Below, one piece after another: positions 1 through 10,953 of a stretch of DNA of 53,845 nt. The position numbers and the translations under genes are program-made. The stretch spans positions 1 to 53,845 of the forward strand of contig CANJSM010000001.1 of the NCBI GenBank assembly GCA_947477015.1. The letters run 5' to 3'. This DNA comes from Legionellaceae bacterium (GTDB taxonomy: Bacteria; Pseudomonadota; Gammaproteobacteria; Legionellales; Legionellaceae). The notes beneath the pieces are model-generated. The model saw only the letters and a list, made by a program, of their open reading frames with translations, was not told the origin of the DNA and searched no databases. Each line of letters opens with the position of its first letter. Positions within the stretch are counted from its first letter, which is position 1.

Positions 1-87
1 GATCCCATCTCGAACTCAGAAGTGAAACAAACGAGCGCCGATGATAGTGTGGAGTCTCTCCATGTGAAAGTAGGTCATTGCCAGGAT
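1..87 (+). rRNA. rrf: 5S ribosomal RNA, 3' portion (5' end lies outside the window)
   Basis: GATCCCATCTCGAACTCAGAAGTGAAAC...GAAAGTAGGTCATTGCCAGGAT matches the conserved helix IV/V and 3' end of bacterial 5S rRNA. A hairpin plus T-run follows immediately. Confidence 0.85.
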
Positions 88-102
88 TTTATTCCCTAAA
101 AA

Positions 103-128
103 AGCGACTTTCGAGTCGCTTTTTTTTT
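103..128 (+). terminator. rho-independent terminator of the rRNA operon
   Basis: AGCGACT-TTCG-AGTCGCT stem-loop followed by T8 (121-128). Confidence 0.75.
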
Positions 129-183
129 GCCTTTAAAAAATAATACTAACATCCAAATCAATTCAGTAATGAAAACTCTCATG

Positions 184-402
184 CTATGCTAAAGAACTAA
201 GTAGATTAAGTAGATGTTGATATTTATTAGTGTGTTGGTAAATAGCAATACCGTCAAAAAATTCCAGTGTATTAATAATGAATGAATCTATAGCTTTTGC
301 ATCTTCTATTTTGTTGACCGAAATGCACTGCCTTTGGTTTTCTCGTAATGCTGCCAAATCATCTTTAATATCGTCTAGATAAGTGTTTTTAATTGCGGAC
401 AA
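184..402 (-). CDS. hypothetical 72-aa protein (TTG start); possibly the tail of a decayed gene
   Basis: It is one of only two tracked ORFs in the 130-720 spacer (the other, 383-589 +, is rejected below). It has a non-ATG start and no recognisable motif. The frame stays open upstream to the stop at 439-441, and other minus-strand fragments lie further upstream. Confidence 0.25.
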   Translation of the reverse strand: MSAIKNTYLDDIKDDLAALRENQRQCISVNKIEDAKAIDSFIINTLEFFDGIAIYQHTNKYQHLLNLLSSLA

Positions 403-720
403 TCGCTTAATGGAGGTAGTTGTCCTAGCGGTACCACTTCATATCCTAATGGCAAATGCTGCAAAGGCACTGTATACAATGGGTAATACTGCGGTGGCAC
501 TACTGGGGCTTGCAGCAACAAGGGTGCCTACTGCAACTAAACCTACTGAAAAATTAACCTACTGCATGGCGATAGAGGCGCCAACCTGATGGTTGGGGCA
601 GGGTCAGTGGAATGACCGGATTACCCCGACCCACTGTTTGGGGTAAAATATCCCAAAAATTCGTTTTCTTTTGTTCATATCTCCATGTTGTTTAAATATT
701 TCAGTCGCGGTGAGTGCCGA

Positions 721-1521
721 TTAGGTTCTGTTGGCAATTATAAAATCATTAATTAATTTTGTACCTATACTGAGTGCTGTAGATGGTAGACCTGGCAAGT
801 TATCATGTTTATACCAGCCTGCATCGTCAATTTCAGTCGGATCCATTGCTATTTCTCCTGATGCATATTCTGCTGTGAATGCCAGCATCAATGAGTCAGG
901 AAAAGGCCATGGTTGTGAGCCCCAATACTTTAAATTCTTTATTTTTAGACCTACTTCTTCCTGCACTTCGCGGTGAACAGCTTCTTCAATGCTTTCACCT
1001 ACATCAACAAACCCTGCAATAAGGCCATAGACGCCTATTGGAAAGTGAGGACTTCTTGCCATTAAGATATGATCATCTCTGGTAATGCGTACGATAATGG
1101 ATGGTGATATGCGTGGAAAAAAACTCAGGGCGCATGTCGGACATTTTCGCTCAAATAGTTTGGCGTCATGAACAGTGGTCACGCCGCAACGACTGCAAAA
1201 TTGGTGATTCTTGTCCCAATTAATTACAGACCATGCTTTAACTAGCAAACCATATTTTTCATGGTTAAATAAGGCAATGGCTTGCCGAAGAGAAAGAGAG
1301 TATAGCGTATCTGGGAGAGTTATTCCTTTATCAATCTCAGCACAGTGATATTCTATGTTATCAAAACATCCCAGCGCATGCTGTCTCAAGTAAGTGGGAG
1401 TTAATGAAAGGCACTCATTATTAACCAGTAACGTGTTATTTTCTTTTGACAATAATAAATGATTGTCTTGAAAAATAAACCAACGAGCTGATCCAGGTTG
1501 TAAATGAGAGCTCTTATTCAT
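721..1521 (-). CDS. nudC: NADH pyrophosphatase (Nudix hydrolase NudC)
   Basis: Zinc ribbon CSRCG...CPTC, Nudix box GFVDVGESIEEAVHREVQEEVGL and the NudC signature SQPWPFPDS. Confidence 0.9.
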   Translation of the reverse strand: MNKSSHLQPGSARWFIFQDNHLLLSKENNTLLVNNECLSLTPTYLRQHALGCFDNIEYHCAEIDKGITLPDTLYSLSLRQAIALFNHEKYGLLVKAWSVINWDKNHQFCSRCGVTTVHDAKLFERKCPTCALSFFPRISPSIIVRITRDDHILMARSPHFPIGVYGLIAGFVDVGESIEEAVHREVQEEVGLKIKNLKYWGSQPWPFPDSLMLAFTAEYASGEIAMDPTEIDDAGWYKHDNLPGLPSTALSIGTKLINDFIIANRT

Positions 1522-1558
1522 TGTGTGATCTCTACATTAGGTTTGAGACTAGTTTAAC

Positions 1559-2746
1559 TTACGCCGGACTTCCAACAGCTGGAATCGGTTTTTTCTTCCA
1601 ATGAAGCAGCATTCCAGAAAGCATGCCAGCAAACAATCCCCAGAATGCAGCTCCAATACCAAATAATGAGATCCCTGATGCAGAAACAAGGATAGTAATA
1701 ATGGCTGGTTCGCGTTGAGAGTCTTCTTCTAATGCGACCTTTAGGCTGCTACCAATCGTACTGAAAATAGCAAGACCTGCTAGCGTCATGGTGAGTTCTT
1801 GTGGAAAAGCGAAGAATAGTGCCACGATGGTTGCGCCAAATGAGCCAATTAGCAGCCAACAGAAGCCGGCTATTAATGTTGATTTGTATCGGTTGGCGGG
1901 ATTATTGTCTGCTTCCTGTCCTGTGCAAATAGCCGCGGTAATGGCCGCCAAGCTGATTGAGTAACACCCAAACGGAGCAAAAATAAAGGTTGATATGCCG
2001 GTCCATGTGATGAGTGGTGAAATAGGTGGCTTGTAGCCAGATGCATTGATTACCGCGATTCCGGGCACATTTTGTGAGGTCATTGTGACGATAAACAAAG
2101 GAATGCCAACGCTTATGAGAGTGGATGCGGTAAATACTGGGAATGTGAAGATGGGAGTTGAGAAAGCAAAATGAACATTATCCAGTTGAAATAGCCCTTG
2201 CATTGTCGCCATGCATGTACCTGCTATTAATACTAAAATTATCACATAGCGTGGGTAATAGCGTTTTCCGAGTAGGTATGTCACGAGCATGGTGCTGACC
2301 AGTGCAAATTGATCTTGCATGGAAACAAACACATTCATGCCAAAATGCAACAAAATACCGGCGAGCATCGCCGAGGTCAGTGATCGAGGAATGTGTGCCA
2401 TGGCTTTTTCAAACAGACCCGTAACCCCTGCGATGATGGTTAACAGTGCTGCAAACATAAATGCACCGATGGCTTCAGCCATGGGCACACCTGATAAGCT
2501 AGTTACTAATAGTACAGCTCCAGGTGTTGACCAACCGGTTAAAATGGGTTGTCGATAATAGAGAGATAATCCGATGCAAGTAGAGGATAAGCTAAGACCC
2601 AGTGCAAAAAGCCAAGAACTGATTTCAGCAGGGGATGCTCCGGCAGCAGTAGCTGCTTGAAAGACAATCGCAGCGGAACTGGTAAAACCAACTAGCACCG
2701 CAACAAAACCAGCTGCAATATTTGAAAACGAAAAGTACTTAAGCAT
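1559..2746 (-). CDS. benE: benzoate/H+ symporter family membrane protein (BenE/YdcO)
   Basis: Polytopic protein colinear with E. coli YdcO (GFVAVLVGFTSSAAIVFQAA, WSTPGAVLLV, VTMTSQNVPGIAV). The ATG at 2746 is preferred over the track start at 2788, which overlaps rsgA. Confidence 0.8.
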   Translation of the reverse strand: MLKYFSFSNIAAGFVAVLVGFTSSAAIVFQAATAAGASPAEISSWLFALGLSLSSTCIGLSLYYRQPILTGWSTPGAVLLVTSLSGVPMAEAIGAFMFAALLTIIAGVTGLFEKAMAHIPRSLTSAMLAGILLHFGMNVFVSMQDQFALVSTMLVTYLLGKRYYPRYVIILVLIAGTCMATMQGLFQLDNVHFAFSTPIFTFPVFTASTLISVGIPLFIVTMTSQNVPGIAVINASGYKPPISPLITWTGISTFIFAPFGCYSISLAAITAAICTGQEADNNPANRYKSTLIAGFCWLLIGSFGATIVALFFAFPQELTMTLAGLAIFSTIGSSLKVALEEDSQREPAIITILVSASGISLFGIGAAFWGLFAGMLSGMLLHWKKKPIPAVGSPA

Positions 2747-2756
2747 GAGAATAATC

Positions 2757-3731
2757 TTACTTTGCAAATTGTGTGCTGATTTTAACATAATTTTCGTAAC
2801 GTTGGCGTGTTATTGACTTATTTTTTACCGCCTCAAGTAATGCGCATTCGGGGGCATTTTTGTGATTACAATCCCTGAATTTGCACTTGGAGAGAAAAGG
2901 TCTAAATTCACGGAACCCTTTTGCAATGTCTTCAGCAGGCATATGCCATAAGCCAAATTCACGAACCCCTGGTGAGTCAATGAGCGCGCCACCGGTAGGG
3001 ATATGGTAAAAACAAGAATTGCTGGTGGTATGACAGCCCAGTTCACTTTTAATTGATATGTCCGCTACTTGGATGGTGGAAGACTCTTCTGGCAGGACTT
3101 GGGCTATTAGAGAGGACTTGCCTACTCCAGATTGGCCCACAAAAACACTGGTTTGGTTATTTAGTGCGGCTTGTAATTGTTTGTAGCCTTGCTGTTGATC
3201 TCGACCTGTGAAAATAACGGGATAGTTTAATGCTGAATAATACATCAGCAATTTATCCCTTAACTGGTCTGTGATTAAATCGGTTTTGTTTAATACAATA
3301 CAGGCTTGCAGATTGAAGTGTTCGGTCATGACTAGGTAGCTATCCAGCAAAGACCATGAAATTTCAGGTTTTGGGGCAACAACTATCATCACTTGTGTAA
3401 TGTTGGCAGCAACCGGGCGTAGCTCGCCTCGTTTATCAGGACGTCCTAACACTGAGTCGCGTGGATAACGGCTGACAACAACACCTTGGCTATGGCCTTC
3501 AGTTTGCCAGATAACGCGATCGCCTGCGACTAATGTGTCAAGTGAGGGGCGTATTGCACAATGTGTTCGATTGCCGTTATCGTCCTCAATCTGAGCGTGG
3601 CGGCTAAATCGTTTAATCACCAAACCATCAGACGTAGTGATAGGTTGCCCTGTTTCCGCTTGTTGGCGATAGTTGCGTTGCTTTTTTTCGATGCGAGCCG
3701 ATTGCTGATGGCTTATTCGTCTTTTACTCAT
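2757..3731 (-). CDS. rsgA: ribosome small-subunit biogenesis GTPase RsgA
   Basis: Circularly permuted GTPase motifs (NKTDL, GQSGVGKSSL) and a C-terminal zinc knuckle CKFRDCNHKNAPEC. The ATG at 3731 (MSKRR...) is chosen because the longer track ORF would run across the cca start. Confidence 0.9.
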   Translation of the reverse strand: MSKRRISHQQSARIEKKQRNYRQQAETGQPITTSDGLVIKRFSRHAQIEDDNGNRTHCAIRPSLDTLVAGDRVIWQTEGHSQGVVVSRYPRDSVLGRPDKRGELRPVAANITQVMIVVAPKPEISWSLLDSYLVMTEHFNLQACIVLNKTDLITDQLRDKLLMYYSALNYPVIFTGRDQQQGYKQLQAALNNQTSVFVGQSGVGKSSLIAQVLPEESSTIQVADISIKSELGCHTTSNSCFYHIPTGGALIDSPGVREFGLWHMPAEDIAKGFREFRPFLSKCKFRDCNHKNAPECALLEAVKNKSITRQRYENYVKISTQFAK

Positions 3732-3796
3732 GCTAAAATCATAGACTATAATTAGAATCTTTGTAAAACGTGAAGTATGAGGGTAAAACAATATAA

Positions 3797-5014
3797 ATGA
3801 AAGCATACTTGGTAGGAGGGGCAGTTCGCGATCGATTATTGGGATATCCAGTGAAAGAACGTGATTGGGTAGTCGTTGGTTCAACGCCTGATGAATTAAT
3901 TCAGCAAGGCTATCAAAAAGTAGGGCGCGACTTTCCCGTTTTTTTACATCCTGTTACTCGTGAAGAATATGCTCTCGCACGCACTGAGCGAAAAATGGGG
4001 ATGGGTTATTATGGATTTACTTGTGATTTTAATCCTGATGTGACGTTGGAAGAAGATCTTGCGCGTCGAGATCTGACTATTAATGCCATGGCAATCGATG
4101 AAACGGGTCAAATAATTGATCCCTATCATGGGCAAGCTGATTTGAATGCCAGAATCTTACGTCATGTGTCGTCTGCTTTTATAGAAGATCCTGTGCGTGT
4201 ATTGAGAGTTGCACGATTTGCAGCACGTTATCATCATTTGGGATTTAAATTAGCGGATGAAACACGCGCATTAATGTATAATATGGTTCGACGTAACGAG
4301 CTAGGTTTTTTAGTTGCTGAAAGGGTGTGGCAAGAGTGGCAGGGCAGTTTGCAGGAAAGAAATCCTGAAGCATTTATCACTATTTTGCGATCATGCGGGG
4401 CTTTGAAAATAATATTGCCAGAGCTTAACGCATTATTTGGTGTCCCAAATTCGCAGCATTATCATCCTGAAATCGACAGTGGTATTCACACGCTGATGGT
4501 GCTTCGTGAAGCGGTTGCATTGTCAGCGGATACGATGGTTCGTTTTGCTGCTGTGGTTCATGATCTGGGCAAAGCATGCACTCCTATTACTGAGTGGCCG
4601 TCGCATCGCGGGCATGAATCGCGTGGTTTGCCTGTGATTGATGCATTGTGTCATCGATTAAGGATTCCTGTTGATTACCGCAAGTTTGCTTTAATGGTGT
4701 CACGCTTTCATCTAACCATCCATCGATTAGATGAGTTGCGTTCTAGTACTGTTGTGCAAACCTTGGAGCAAACGGATGCATTTCGACGCCCTGAGTTGTT
4801 TGAAAAACTATTGTTAGTTTGCGAGGCTGATGCACGTGGTGTCGGTAAGGAAGTTGAGTATCCACAAGCAAACGACTGGCGGAAAATATTGAGCGAGTGT
4901 AATAAAATCAGTGCCAAAGCATTGGTTGAAGAGGGTTTCGAAGGTGAGGCAATCAAGATTAAATTGCATGATCGCCGAGTTGCTATGATTGAGATATTTC
5001 GGGAAAAACAATGA
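3797..5014 (+). CDS. cca: multifunctional CCA-adding tRNA nucleotidyltransferase with HD domain
   Basis: N-terminus [23 protein letters not shown] motif and HD-domain residues [10 protein letters not shown]...HDLGK. Confidence 0.9.
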   Translation: MKAYLVGGAVRDRLLGYPVKERDWVVVGSTPDELIQQGYQKVGRDFPVFLHPVTREEYALARTERKMGMGYYGFTCDFNPDVTLEEDLARRDLTINAMAIDETGQIIDPYHGQADLNARILRHVSSAFIEDPVRVLRVARFAARYHHLGFKLADETRALMYNMVRRNELGFLVAERVWQEWQGSLQERNPEAFITILRSCGALKIILPELNALFGVPNSQHYHPEIDSGIHTLMVLREAVALSADTMVRFAAVVHDLGKACTPITEWPSHRGHESRGLPVIDALCHRLRIPVDYRKFALMVSRFHLTIHRLDELRSSTVVQTLEQTDAFRRPELFEKLLLVCEADARGVGKEVEYPQANDWRKILSECNKISAKALVEEGFEGEAIKIKLHDRRVAMIEIFREKQ

Positions 5015-5556
5015 AAAACGAACAAAATTTAATTTGGATAGATCTAGAAATGACAGGTCTTAGTCCAGAAAATGATAGAATCATAGAAATCGCTACGTTG
5101 GTAACAGATTGTCATTTGAATATACTTGCCGAAGGACCCGTTTTTGCGATTGCGCAATCAGAAGAGCGTATATTAGGTATGGACTCTTGGAATACAAAGC
5201 AGCACAACCAATCGGGTTTAGTAACTCGTATGCGTGAGCAGGGTGTGTCAGAATCTTATGCTGAGCAAGCAACGATTGAATTTTTGAAGCGCTACGTGGA
5301 TCAAGGTAAGTCACCAATGTGCGGTAACAGTATCTGCCAGGATCGACGATTTTTATGCAGGTACATGCCTGAGCTGGCTAGTTTTTTTCATTATCGTAAT
5401 ATGGATGTCAGCACATTAAAAGAATTAGCGCTACGGTGGCATCCACAGTTGGCAAAAGGATTTAAAAAGGAATCCAAACATTTGGCGATGGATGATATTA
5501 AGGATTCAATAGACGAGCTGGCGTATTATCGCGAGCATTTTATTAAATTACCCTAA
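5011..5556 (+). CDS. orn: oligoribonuclease
   Basis: DEDDh exonuclease motifs ([18 protein letters not shown]). Its start overlaps the cca stop in an ATGA junction. Confidence 0.95.
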   Translation: MKNEQNLIWIDLEMTGLSPENDRIIEIATLVTDCHLNILAEGPVFAIAQSEERILGMDSWNTKQHNQSGLVTRMREQGVSESYAEQATIEFLKRYVDQGKSPMCGNSICQDRRFLCRYMPELASFFHYRNMDVSTLKELALRWHPQLAKGFKKESKHLAMDDIKDSIDELAYYREHFIKLP

Positions 5557-5570
5557 AGCGAGGGATTAAC

Positions 5571-6278
5571 ATGCTTGAACGCGAAGTATTAGTGCTGCCC
5601 AATGGTGCTGATAAATTATTGTTACATTCGTGCTGTGCACCTTGTTCTGGTGAGGTCATGGAGGCCTTGGTTGCATCCAATATTAATTTTTCAATCTTTT
5701 TTTATAATCCTAACATTCATCCTGTCCAAGAATATGAAACAAGAAAGCAAGAAAATGTAGCCTTTGCAGAAAAACATTCTATTCCGTTTATTGATGCAGA
5801 TTATGACAAAGACAATTGGTTTGAGCGTGTTAAGGGGCAGGAAATGGAGCCTGAGCGCGGTAAGCGTTGCACGACATGCTTTGATATGCGGTTTGAACGC
5901 ACCGCGTTGTATGCTTATGAACATGGTTTTCCTGTTATTTGTACCTCTCTTGGCATTTCTCGTTGGAAAGACATGAATCAAATCAACGATTCCGGCATTC
6001 GTGCTGCAAGCCGTTATCCTGGTATGGAGTATTGGACATACAATTGGCGAAAAAATGGCGGGTCATCTCGTATGTATGAAATCGCTAAGCGTGAAAATTT
6101 TTATAAACAGGAGTACTGTGGTTGTGTGTATTCTTTGCGTGATACGAATGCTTGGCGTAAGCAGAATACTCGTGAGAGGATAAAGCTCGGCGTGAGTTAT
6201 TACGGAGAGGAAGCATTGAGCGCAATCGATAAACCCGGTTGTTCTACATGTGTCATGACGAAGGACCCAAAGGAATAA
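5571..6278 (+). CDS. queH: epoxyqueuosine reductase QueH (DUF208)
   Basis: [16 protein letters not shown] and EYCGC cysteine motifs typical of QueH. Confidence 0.8.
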   Translation: MLEREVLVLPNGADKLLLHSCCAPCSGEVMEALVASNINFSIFFYNPNIHPVQEYETRKQENVAFAEKHSIPFIDADYDKDNWFERVKGQEMEPERGKRCTTCFDMRFERTALYAYEHGFPVICTSLGISRWKDMNQINDSGIRAASRYPGMEYWTYNWRKNGGSSRMYEIAKRENFYKQEYCGCVYSLRDTNAWRKQNTRERIKLGVSYYGEEALSAIDKPGCSTCVMTKDPKE

Positions 6279-6311
6279 ATAGATAAAGTCTAACAAAGGG
6301 AGATTTGGATT

Positions 6312-7076
6312 ATGTTATTGATCAATAAGCTATACGTGTTAGTGGCTTTTTTTGCAACCTTGATTTTAATCTTGTCGCATACATTAAGTCCTTGGTTTTC
6401 AGAGCGCCTCCCCGGCAAAAGTAAAGCATTTGTTTCTTTTGCTGGCGGAGTCTCTGTGTCTTATGTGTTTTTAGACATGCTTCCGAATCTCGTGGAGTAC
6501 AATAAGCCCATTGGAGAATATTTGCTTGCGAACCACTGGCTGACACCCTTTACACAAGTATCGATTTATATTGTCGCTTTGTTCGGGTTTCTTGTCTATT
6601 ATGGGTTTGATTTATTTGCAGAACGTTATCAAGAAAAAAAACATGATAATCGAGTAGTCTATTTATTGCATCTGGCCATGTTTTCTATTTATAACATCTT
6701 GATAACCTATACTATGTCTTTACGGGCATTGACGGGTATCACATATACCGTTTTATTTACCTTTGCTATGGCGCTGCATTTGGTGTTGACGGATCGTAAA
6801 TTTACTCGCATATTTCCTGTCCAATTTAATCATCTGGGACGTTTTGTGTTGAGCTTGGCCTTATTCAGTGGATGGTTGATGTCTGCTATATTTGATCCGA
6901 TTCGTGTCTTGTTTGTGGCATTTATGACCGCATTTCTCGCGGGCTCTATATTGTTAAATGTGTTTCGTGAAGAGCTTCCCAATAGTGATTTGGCTAGCTT
7001 TCGTTGGTTCGCATTCGGCTCGTTGATGATTGCTGTGATTTCTTTATTACAAACATGGATTGTCAGAACGATGTAA
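6312..7076 (+). CDS. integral membrane protein of unknown function (possibly a ZIP-like metal transporter)
   Basis: About 8 predicted TM helices and an internally repeated motif (VFLDMLPNL / VFREELPNS). There is a GGGAG RBS upstream. The family assignment is uncertain. Confidence 0.55.
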   Translation: MLLINKLYVLVAFFATLILILSHTLSPWFSERLPGKSKAFVSFAGGVSVSYVFLDMLPNLVEYNKPIGEYLLANHWLTPFTQVSIYIVALFGFLVYYGFDLFAERYQEKKHDNRVVYLLHLAMFSIYNILITYTMSLRALTGITYTVLFTFAMALHLVLTDRKFTRIFPVQFNHLGRFVLSLALFSGWLMSAIFDPIRVLFVAFMTAFLAGSILLNVFREELPNSDLASFRWFAFGSLMIAVISLLQTWIVRTM

Positions 7077-7134
7077 GAGTGTATGCCTGGCTTAGGAAAA
7101 AAAATAGTATGTTTAACCAAGAGATGTTTTCATA

Positions 7135-8364
7135 ATGAGTTATCTGATTGATATTTCGCTGTTAAAAGCCAATCGTGAATATTCACTCCTGTATAGTGGA
7201 CAGTTTATTTCGTTCATAGGCACCATGATCACAGGCGTAGCCTTGCCTTGGCAAATTTATCAATTAACAGATTCTTCCTTAATGGTTGGTCTGTTAAGTT
7301 TGGTGCAATTACTTCCTCTGCTTTTCACGGCTTTGTTAGGTGGTGTATTTGCCGATCGTTATAATCGACGCAAACTAGTTATTATCAGTGAGTGCGTCCT
7401 CATGGTTGGGTGCGCTGCGCTGGTATTTAATGCCCATCTGGCACATCCGGATTTAATTACTATTTATGTTGTTTCAGCGATAATGTCAGCGATTACTGGA
7501 CTGCATCGACCTTCTTTTGAAAGCATGACACAACAATTGGTCAACTCTGCTGATTATAAAGCGGTCGGTGCTTTAGCGAGCTTCAAGTTCAGTTTTTGCA
7601 TGATTGTAGGACCGGCCATTGGCGGTTTACTGATCGCACGCTTTGGCGTCTTTCTGACGTATATTATTGATCTATTAACTTTTTTTATTTCATTACTTAC
7701 CTTAAGTTTAATGGCGCCATTTAAACAACCCGTTGTCGCAATACATCCCACAGTGATTAAATCGTTAAAAGAGGGCCTGACATTTGCCATGACGAGACAG
7801 GAGTTAATGGGAAGTTATTTGGTCGATTTTATTGCCATGATCTTCGCGATGCCTAACGCCTTGTTTCCTGCTATTGCTCAATCACTTGGTGGAGCAAAAG
7901 CATTAGGACTACTCTATGCATCACCAGCAGTCGGGTCTTTGCTGATATCATTTTTTAGCGGTTGGACTGCGCGGGTAAAACACGATGGAAAAGCCATTGC
8001 CATTGCCGCAGGCTTCTGGGGGCTATCCATGATTGGATTTGGAGTGAGTACCAACCTCTATGTTGCCTTGTTTTGTTTGGCGCTCTCAGGCGCCTTTGAT
8101 GCCATTAGCGGTATATTCAGAAGCACATTATGGAACAATGTCATTCCACGCGATTACCGAGGACGTTTAGCAGGAATAGAAATGCTAAGTTACATGGGTG
8201 GTCCAAAACTTGGCGACACCAGGGCTGGTGCGATTGCTTCACTTTTTGGTATTACGACAGCAGTTGTTTCCGGTGGAGTGCTTTGTGTTGCTGGTGTAAT
8301 GGTCTGTTGTTTATTGATGCCAAAATTTTGGAATTACAACATGTCAGATAAAACGAGGTCATAG
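7135..8364 (+). CDS. MFS transporter (EntS / transmembrane-secretion-effector-like)
   Basis: Twelve-TM profile with the MFS loop motif GGVFADRYNRRK between TM2 and TM3. Confidence 0.8.
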   Translation: MSYLIDISLLKANREYSLLYSGQFISFIGTMITGVALPWQIYQLTDSSLMVGLLSLVQLLPLLFTALLGGVFADRYNRRKLVIISECVLMVGCAALVFNAHLAHPDLITIYVVSAIMSAITGLHRPSFESMTQQLVNSADYKAVGALASFKFSFCMIVGPAIGGLLIARFGVFLTYIIDLLTFFISLLTLSLMAPFKQPVVAIHPTVIKSLKEGLTFAMTRQELMGSYLVDFIAMIFAMPNALFPAIAQSLGGAKALGLLYASPAVGSLLISFFSGWTARVKHDGKAIAIAAGFWGLSMIGFGVSTNLYVALFCLALSGAFDAISGIFRSTLWNNVIPRDYRGRLAGIEMLSYMGGPKLGDTRAGAIASLFGITTAVVSGGVLCVAGVMVCCLLMPKFWNYNMSDKTRS

Positions 8365-8465
8365 CGAATTCCAAAAACAGCGATTAAAATTCTAAAATCG
8401 GATGGTCTAACCCATCTCATTTGTGGTTTAATAAGCATCACGTTATCACACTTAAAGAGCGTATC

Positions 8466-8801
8466 ATGACTTTTGTTGTTACCGAGAGCTGTATTAAATG
8501 CAAATACATGGATTGTGTTGAAGTATGTCCGGTGGATTGTTTTTATGAAGGACCGAATTTTCTGGTGATTCATCCTGAAGAGTGCATTGATTGCGCGTTG
8601 TGTGAACCAGAGTGCCCTGTAAATGCTATCGTTTCCGAAGATGATTTGACCGATAACCAGCGCCAATTCATGCAGTTGAATGCTGAGCTGTCACAACAAT
8701 GGCCAAATATCACCGCGATGAAAGAGGCTCCTGCTGATGCTGCGTCATGGGAAAAAGTGGACGGCAAGCTGCAATACTTACAAAAAGAATGGACGAAATA
8801 G
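8466..8801 (+). CDS. fdxA: 7Fe ferredoxin (Azotobacter FdxA type)
   Basis: [26 protein letters not shown]...[13 protein letters not shown] cluster ligands. The ATG at 8466 is preferred over the upstream track start. Confidence 0.9.
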   Translation: MTFVVTESCIKCKYMDCVEVCPVDCFYEGPNFLVIHPEECIDCALCEPECPVNAIVSEDDLTDNQRQFMQLNAELSQQWPNITAMKEAPADAASWEKVDGKLQYLQKEWTK

Positions 8802-10747
8802 CCAGCGTCGCTGACGATGCGGCTGCTGATTGTCAACGTATTTTTGGAAATAATGGCCGTTTAACCACGGCCATTCCTGGTTATGTCGTTCGTGAACAGC
8901 AAACTGAGCTAGCCTCAACGATTGCCCGTGTTATTCGCGATCAAACCACCTTGGTGGCTGAGGCGGGTACGGGAACGGGAAAAACATTCGCGTACTTGAT
9001 TCCTTGTTTGTTGAGTGGCAAAAAAGCACTGATCTCTACTGCTACCAAAACACTACAAGATCAACTGTTTCAAAAAGACTTACCCATGTTAGTGCGCGCA
9101 TTAGGCTTATCCGTGCGTGTTCAGAATCTTAAAGGGCGAGCAAATTATTTATGTCGATATCGTGTGGAACTGCATGCCGAAGAAGGTCATTTTAGTACAC
9201 CTCAGTGCGCCAAAGAAATTATTCATGTGCGTGAAAAAATATCGCAATTAACCCACGGCGAGCGCAGTGAGTTGCCTGAGATTGCTGAGGATTCTAGCGT
9301 TTGGCCGTATGTAACGTCCACGGCAGACAATTGTTTAGGCACTGAATGCAAAGAGTATCAAGAATGCTTTTTAGTCAAAGCACGAAAACGTGCGTTGGAA
9401 GCCGATATTGTGGTCATCAATCACCACTTGTTTTTTGCGGACTCTCGCCTTAAGGACGAGGGGTTTGGCGAATTATTGCCTGGCGTCAATGCCGTTGTAT
9501 TTGATGAAGCGCATCAATTGGCTGATATTGCTGCCAATTTTCATGGTGAACGGCTGGGTACGCGACAATTTCGTGACTTGATGGATGATATGCTGCGTGA
9601 ATGGCCTGTTCTTGATCTCGCCAATCAGCCTTTAAAACAATTAGACATCACCTTGGATCAGATCATTGATCAGCTGCTCATGGCCATACCCGGACGAGAT
9701 GATCGCATGAGCTGGACTCAGGTGGCTCATCATCAAGCTTTCATGACAGCTTGGAGTCAATTACATGCTCTGGGTCAACAATTATCGGATTGTTTTACAT
9801 CGGTTGAATTAGCTGAAGAAGCTGGTTTGACGCGATGTAAAACGCGCCTTGATCAACTGTTGAAGTTGTTAAACGTGTTTGCGCAAGTTCAGCCTGATCA
9901 AATTCGATGGCTTGAGCGGTTTAAGCAAAATATTGTTTTTTATTCGACGCCAGTAGACATTGCTGAATCTTTTTCTGATTTGCTGGTGCGCATGCCCTGT
10001 GCATATATTTTTACTTCCGCGACACTCACCATGGCTGAGTCTTTTGATTGTTTTACGCGCCCATTGGGATTGACGCAAGCCACGCAATTGTCTCTGCCCA
10101 GTCCTTTTGATTTTAAAAAGCAAGCGCTACTCTATTTACCTCGCGGGTTACCTGATCCAAAGGATGTTCGCTATTACGATGAATTATTGGCTAGAGCGTT
10201 ACCTGTGATTGATGCCTGTGGAGGGCGATGCTTTTTTCTATTTACTAGTCACAGGGCGTTAAAGCAAGTCGCGCAATTATTGGGTAAACACTATAAATAC
10301 CCTTTACTGATACAAGGAGAGGAAGCCAAACCGATTTTATTGGCACGCTTTCGTGAGTTAGGCAATGCCGTTTTGTTAGGTACGGGTACGTTTTGGGAGG
10401 GGGTGGATGTTAAAGGTGAAGCGTTATCATGCGTTATTATTGATAAGTTGCCGTTTGCAAGCCCTGCGGATCCGGTGATTCGCGGTAGAATGGATTATTT
10501 GAAATCATGCGGCTTATCAGGTTTTGATGAGTTGTCTTTGCCTAATGCCGTGCTGGCTTTGAAGCAGGGGGTCGGTCGATTGATTCGCGATGCCACTGAT
10601 AAAGGGGTCTTGATGATTGCCGATCCACGTTTAACCGGCCGTGATTATGGTCGACAAATTTTCGCAAGCTTGCCGGCCATGCGAAAAACCCGTGATGAAC
10701 AGGTCATACTGGATTTTATTCGCGATAATTTGGTGGTCCGAGCATAG
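8789..10747 (+). CDS. ATP-dependent DinG/YoaA-family Fe-S DNA helicase
   Basis: Walker [13 protein letters not shown] box (VFDEAHQL), Fe-S cysteines (YLCRY, NCLGTEC, ECF) and helicase C motifs. The ATG at 8789 overlaps the fdxA stop by 13 nt. Confidence 0.85.
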   Translation: MDEIASVADDAAADCQRIFGNNGRLTTAIPGYVVREQQTELASTIARVIRDQTTLVAEAGTGTGKTFAYLIPCLLSGKKALISTATKTLQDQLFQKDLPMLVRALGLSVRVQNLKGRANYLCRYRVELHAEEGHFSTPQCAKEIIHVREKISQLTHGERSELPEIAEDSSVWPYVTSTADNCLGTECKEYQECFLVKARKRALEADIVVINHHLFFADSRLKDEGFGELLPGVNAVVFDEAHQLADIAANFHGERLGTRQFRDLMDDMLREWPVLDLANQPLKQLDITLDQIIDQLLMAIPGRDDRMSWTQVAHHQAFMTAWSQLHALGQQLSDCFTSVELAEEAGLTRCKTRLDQLLKLLNVFAQVQPDQIRWLERFKQNIVFYSTPVDIAESFSDLLVRMPCAYIFTSATLTMAESFDCFTRPLGLTQATQLSLPSPFDFKKQALLYLPRGLPDPKDVRYYDELLARALPVIDACGGRCFFLFTSHRALKQVAQLLGKHYKYPLLIQGEEAKPILLARFRELGNAVLLGTGTFWEGVDVKGEALSCVIIDKLPFASPADPVIRGRMDYLKSCGLSGFDELSLPNAVLALKQGVGRLIRDATDKGVLMIADPRLTGRDYGRQIFASLPAMRKTRDEQVILDFIRDNLVVRA

Positions 10748-10953
10748 TTTATGTAAAATTTGAACCGGATTTTTTAGAAGGGTCACGGTATTTCAAAGTA
10801 ATAGCAGACGATCGTTGTGCCATAGGCTTTTTGGTCTGTGCGGGTGAGCGTGAACAACGTATAGATGATTTTTATGTGAGGCAGTATACGCACATTAAAC
10901 AAATCAGTGAAACCATTGAATAACACCCTAAACATTGGGTATGAGGACATGAC

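Noticed and set aside
383-589. Plus-strand 68-aa Ala/Thr-rich ORF downstream of the 5S rRNA.
   Set aside because: It is low-complexity, has no RBS, and mirrors the minus-strand gene fragments. It is treated as part of the decayed region.
731-976. Plus-strand 81-aa ORF inside nudC, and many similar antisense or out-of-frame ORFs in the track. Examples are 2319-2558, 3561-3755, 4708-5025, 5691-5981, 9869-10123, 14017-14268, 24139-24441, 25795-26052, 28028-28327, 43735-44031, 48334-48729, 48677-48985, 49244-49796 and 51696-52039.
   Set aside because: Each lies entirely within a well-supported conserved gene on the other strand or frame. They lack an RBS and have low-complexity or biased composition. 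They are typical shadow ORFs.
3732-3884. N-terminal extension of rsgA in the track (start at 3884) that would overlap the cca start.
   Set aside because: The extension has no similarity to RsgA N-termini and would cover the divergent promoter region and the cca ATG. The conserved protein begins at MSKRRISHQQ (ATG 3731).
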